Of a stretch of DNA of 64,000 nucleotides, positions 61,101 through 64,000 are shown one piece after another. How positions within the stretch are numbered: the stretch's first letter is position 1; each line of letters starts with the position of its first letter. The notes under the pieces are model-generated. The model ran no database searches and was not told the DNA's origin. It saw nothing but the letters and a program-made list of their open reading frames with translations. The translations under genes and the position numbers were made by a program. This DNA is from Macrostomum lignano (lineage: Eukaryota): contig NIVC01001935.1 in NCBI GenBank assembly GCA_002269645.1, positions 1 through 64,000 of the forward strand, given 5' to 3'.

Positions 61101-61151
61101 GCGCTGTCTCAGGCAGGACTCCACTATGGAGCGGTACTTTGAATCCGCCAT
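55160..61151 (-). CDS. CAPN: Classical calpain (CysPc, CBSW/C2-like and penta-EF-hand domains), 7 exons, 705 aa; family-level symbol only
   Basis: Exons 61151-60936, 60792-60334, 58837-58313, 57669-57442, 57203-56691, 55807-55658, 55186-55160, all GT-AG and open. Catalytic triad QGELGDCW (Cys 60775-77), GHAY and RNPWG intact; EF-hand loops DVDSSGKLSF and DGDRSGSIDGAE. Confidence 0.93.
55323..55592. repeat. 15-bp minisatellite in calpain intron 6 (17 perfect copies plus 1 degenerate)
   Basis: Unit agaggcgccagcacc. Confidence 0.97.
55912..56699 (-). repeat. 22-bp minisatellite built from the calpain exon 5/intron 5 junction (35 units)
   Basis: Minus-strand unit GAGAGTCAG|GTGAG(T/G)TCAGGCT; the first unit is the in-frame donor at 56691/56690. 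Confidence 0.95.
57277..57400. repeat. Degenerate ~28-33-bp repeat (~4 copies) in calpain intron 4
   Basis: Unit cacctgtggtgggtgctggggctgcagt. Confidence 0.75.
57871..58220. repeat. 29-bp minisatellite in calpain intron 3 (8 near-perfect plus ~4 degenerate copies)
   Basis: Unit ggacatactcacaggctctggatgcttca. Confidence 0.95.
58883..59088 (+). mobile_element. 5'-truncated copy of the CORE-like SINE
   Basis: Aligns by eye to 59800-60000 (ctgtaaaatgggt...ttggactgaacagccgtacgcagcctt...ggtgtaatc). Confidence 0.8.
59751..60000 (+). mobile_element. tRNA-derived SINE with CORE-like central domain, in calpain intron 2
   Basis: A box TAGCATAGTGG (59758-68) and B box GGTTCAATCC (59784-93). cacttaactctgcattgcttcagttcacccaactgtaaaatggg resembles the CORE/MIR motif cacttaacctctctgtgcctcagtttcctcatctgtaaaatggg. 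Confidence 0.75.
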
Positions 61152-62579
61152 TTCGTCTGCCCAGCTTCTGCAAATCAGTATCGAATTCTAGACTGTGTGC
61201 TTCAGAAAATAGCTTCCCAAATACTTGTGAAAATATATACATTGATGACAAAATTGGCTTCTTCAGGTGTATTAACTACCAAATCCCCAACAAAACAGTT
61301 GTTAAATAACTAGTATTCAAACACTTAAATCTATGCAGCTTAAAATACCAAAGCAAAAAAATTTAGCACCTCTAGAAAATATTAAAATGTAGATCTACAT
61401 AGACCAATGTCAATTAGTCATTGAAAAACCTAACTGAACTGTTAGAAAAGTGCAATAAATTTCTTAAAATGCATAATTTGATGAATGTGAAATTGTCAAG
61501 ATGGATTCACATAAACCATTTGAAAAGGTTTTGAAAGTTAAGAGTTGATAGAAAAATTTTATTTTAGGTACTAGTATTAGCAATATCTGACTAACTGTGC
61601 TGTCAATTTTACTACAGATATCTTTGCAAGAAAATGTCTAGCTATTACCTACATAGAATGACTATTTAGATTCATAAAATTTATGATTTCAGCATTTAGG
61701 CTTGAAAACTACTTTTGAAAAAGATAAAATTAATTGAAAGAAAGTGAATGTAGAAAATATGAAAAACATGAAAACCAGGCAAACAACATTAATCTAGAAG
61801 TTATGCGTCTCCTCAAGTTCTAGTATAGTCATCATCTATTGTGGAATCAAAGCTGATCAAAGCTTCTCCAAAAATTACCCGACCTAGGAAAATTTTGCAA
61901 CAACTAAAATTTAAAGACTTTATGAATAAATAAATAATTTATCTTATCTATTTTCATGCTCTAGAGTCTACTAGTCGCAGAAAGGCACTCTGCTGTAAAA
62001 TTAAAATATCTGTTTCGCGGATGTTTGAGAAGTTAAAAACAAATCGTATTATAATCGTCGTGCCTGGAAATAACAAGGGTAAGAAGACACTATAACTAAA
62101 AACTTATGTGTTATAAATATTTTGCTTTAACTTTTGCATTTCATTTATTATCTGTCTATAATTTACGCATAGTTTATTTAAGAAAGCTTTTTAAAGCATT
62201 TGATTTCAGCCTCTTTCGTCGACAAACAATGGTTCGAATTTAAATGTCTTTTCGTTTTAATTTATTTTTCAGGTCATCATCATCAACATTCAACATTCGT
62301 CAGATTAATTGAGGTTGCCTCTCTTACTGTAGTTGAAGTTGAATTAGTTGTATAATAATTATTTTGGCTCATGTCTTTAGTCTGACTTTCAGTCATTTTT
62401 TTGTTCACACACACATCGCTTACCATTTTAGTTCTTTCAGTTTCGGTTATTACATTTCGAGTCTACAGTAAAAAATCTTGCACCTAGGTCTAAAATCTAA
62501 CTTAGTGAGCCTAACTTATTTTCCATTGGGCATAGGCCTAGAGTGTGACTAAATTAACTACTCTGGTTTATTGATTATA

Positions 62580-62706
62580 ATGGCACTTCTAGGACAGAGC
62601 AGCTTCTTCCCACATTCACCTATTGCACCTACGGGGAATAGCCCAAGCTTTCATCAACAAAACGATTTTGGCAGTCCTGTGCAATTTCCACCTGCAGCTG
62701 GTCTCT
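62580..62706 (+). CDS. Possible first coding exon of an unidentified gene
   Basis: MALLGQSSFFPHSPIAPTGNSPSFHQQNDFGSPVQFPPAAGL followed by a GTAAGC donor; a GC-elevated island in AT-rich DNA; no recognisable domain. Confidence 0.4.
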
Positions 62707-62957
62707 GTAAGCATTTTTTGTTTTTCCTATGTTTGTCTTTTTATGACAGATTTTTAGTTTAAAGTACTTGTATAAGTATATATGTCATTCATTTCATTTT
62801 TCTATATAATTAAATTAGAGATTATTGAATTTAAAATATTACAGGATATGCCTATAATATGGTGATAATCATTTATTTTGTTTAAACTTAGACTTGTTCT
62901 TAGTAAAGCAAATCTAAAAAATATGTGCAAGTATATATATATATTTTAATCCTAGAG

Positions 62958-63513
62958 GGGAGAATTTCTGAGATATCAAGGCTTATATATGGATTCATTA
63001 AGATATAATAAATTGCTAATTAAGCAATGTGGGTTCAATTTTTTTGAACAGTTTTTTTGAGTGTCAAGTTTATTTATTAATTTTTTTAATTTCTAGAAAA
63101 ATATTAAAAAAACTTTTAAAAATATTAGATGAAAATGGAAAAAGCATCATGTTGGACTAAAAACAGTGTCATATAAGACATTAAAAGAAATTTTATGTTA
63201 AACATAAAGAAGCATCATTTAAAATATGAAAAAGTGCTATATCATACTTTATAGAAGCTTTATCGTTTATGTTAGATATAAAGACTTTAAAGAAATCATA
63301 TTAGACTTTAATTTAAAGAAGTGCCATGTCAAGCTTTAAAAAAGTATCATATAGACAAAAAAGCATCATATGACAAATAAAAGAAGCATCATGTAGAAAA
63401 GAAACATCATATTGTAGTTTGAAGCATGAAACATAGCCTGAAGCATAAATAAAGCATTACATAAAACTGTAATATGACTCTTAGGGAGAATTTCTGAGAT
63501 ATCAAGGCTTATA
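62958..63513. repeat. Exact 30-bp direct repeat (62958-62987, 63484-63513) flanking degenerate aagcatcat repeats
   Basis: gggagaatttctgagatatcaaggcttata occurs twice. Confidence 0.8.
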
Positions 63514-64000
63514 GGTGGAATTGCTAAGATGTCAAGGCTTGTTGGGGCAATTGCTAAGCTGGTAATAGTTGAAGACCTTGTGGGTGGGATATCCTTAATT
63601 TATCAACTATTCAAGGGATTTATAGATTGTTATATGATTGTCTAGAATGTTTTGGGGAATCCTTGATATTAATTGTAGGGTACATTGCAAATTTATAAAA
63701 ATATTAATAAAGCAGGAGACTTTAGACAAAATGAAGTACTTATTGACTAAATAGGAAAATCTTTAAGTCAATCCTTTCTTCAAAAGTGCATTTTAAAATG
63801 TCAGTGTATATGGAATGCATTCCAAAATATCAGTGTGCATGGCATGCAACTGAAAGAAAGTGTAGTTGTTAGGGTATATAATTGTAATGCAAGGTATATT
63901 ACTGTAATGGCGTTCCAGTGTGGGGCATATGATAAATAGACATTAAAGTTATTTGCAACATAGACAAAGAAATCAGGTAAAGTGGCTTGCTTACTGAAAA

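Noticed and set aside
1321-61421. ttagtcat (1321-1328 and 61414-61421) as the TSD of a giant insertion
   Set aside because: An AT-rich 8-mer match is expected by chance given how loosely the junctions are defined, and no adjoining TIRs were found.

Overview
Animal nuclear DNA, with no prokaryotic genes, rRNA, tRNA or CRISPR. The central ~60 kb is a deeply nested transposon landscape. It holds two Helitron-derived elements carrying RPA70-like genes (one also an OTU domain), a TSD-bounded full-length R1/LOA-type non-LTR retrotransposon, at least six Ty3/gypsy copies (one very young, with identical LTRs), a DIRS/Ngaro fragment, P-like and mariner fossils, MITEs, a foldback element with a telomere-like core and a CORE-like SINE. 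A complete 7-exon classical calpain gene lies on the minus strand (55160-61151), and four of its six introns carry minisatellites. The AT-rich ends each contain a probable first coding exon of a divergently oriented gene: CASK/LIN-2 on the left and an unidentified gene on the right. The three strongest observations are: (1) a complete HDV-like self-cleaving ribozyme fold with a compensatory P1.1 change in the retrotransposon 5' UTR; (2) a 35-unit tandem array built from the calpain exon 5/intron 5 junction, i.e. a run of 5' splice sites; (3) a sharp codon-usage and composition contrast between the flanking exons and the central block. All alignments and counts were made by eye and no database was searched. 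The species is unknown; the central block resembles a Macrostomum-type flatworm genome (inference only).
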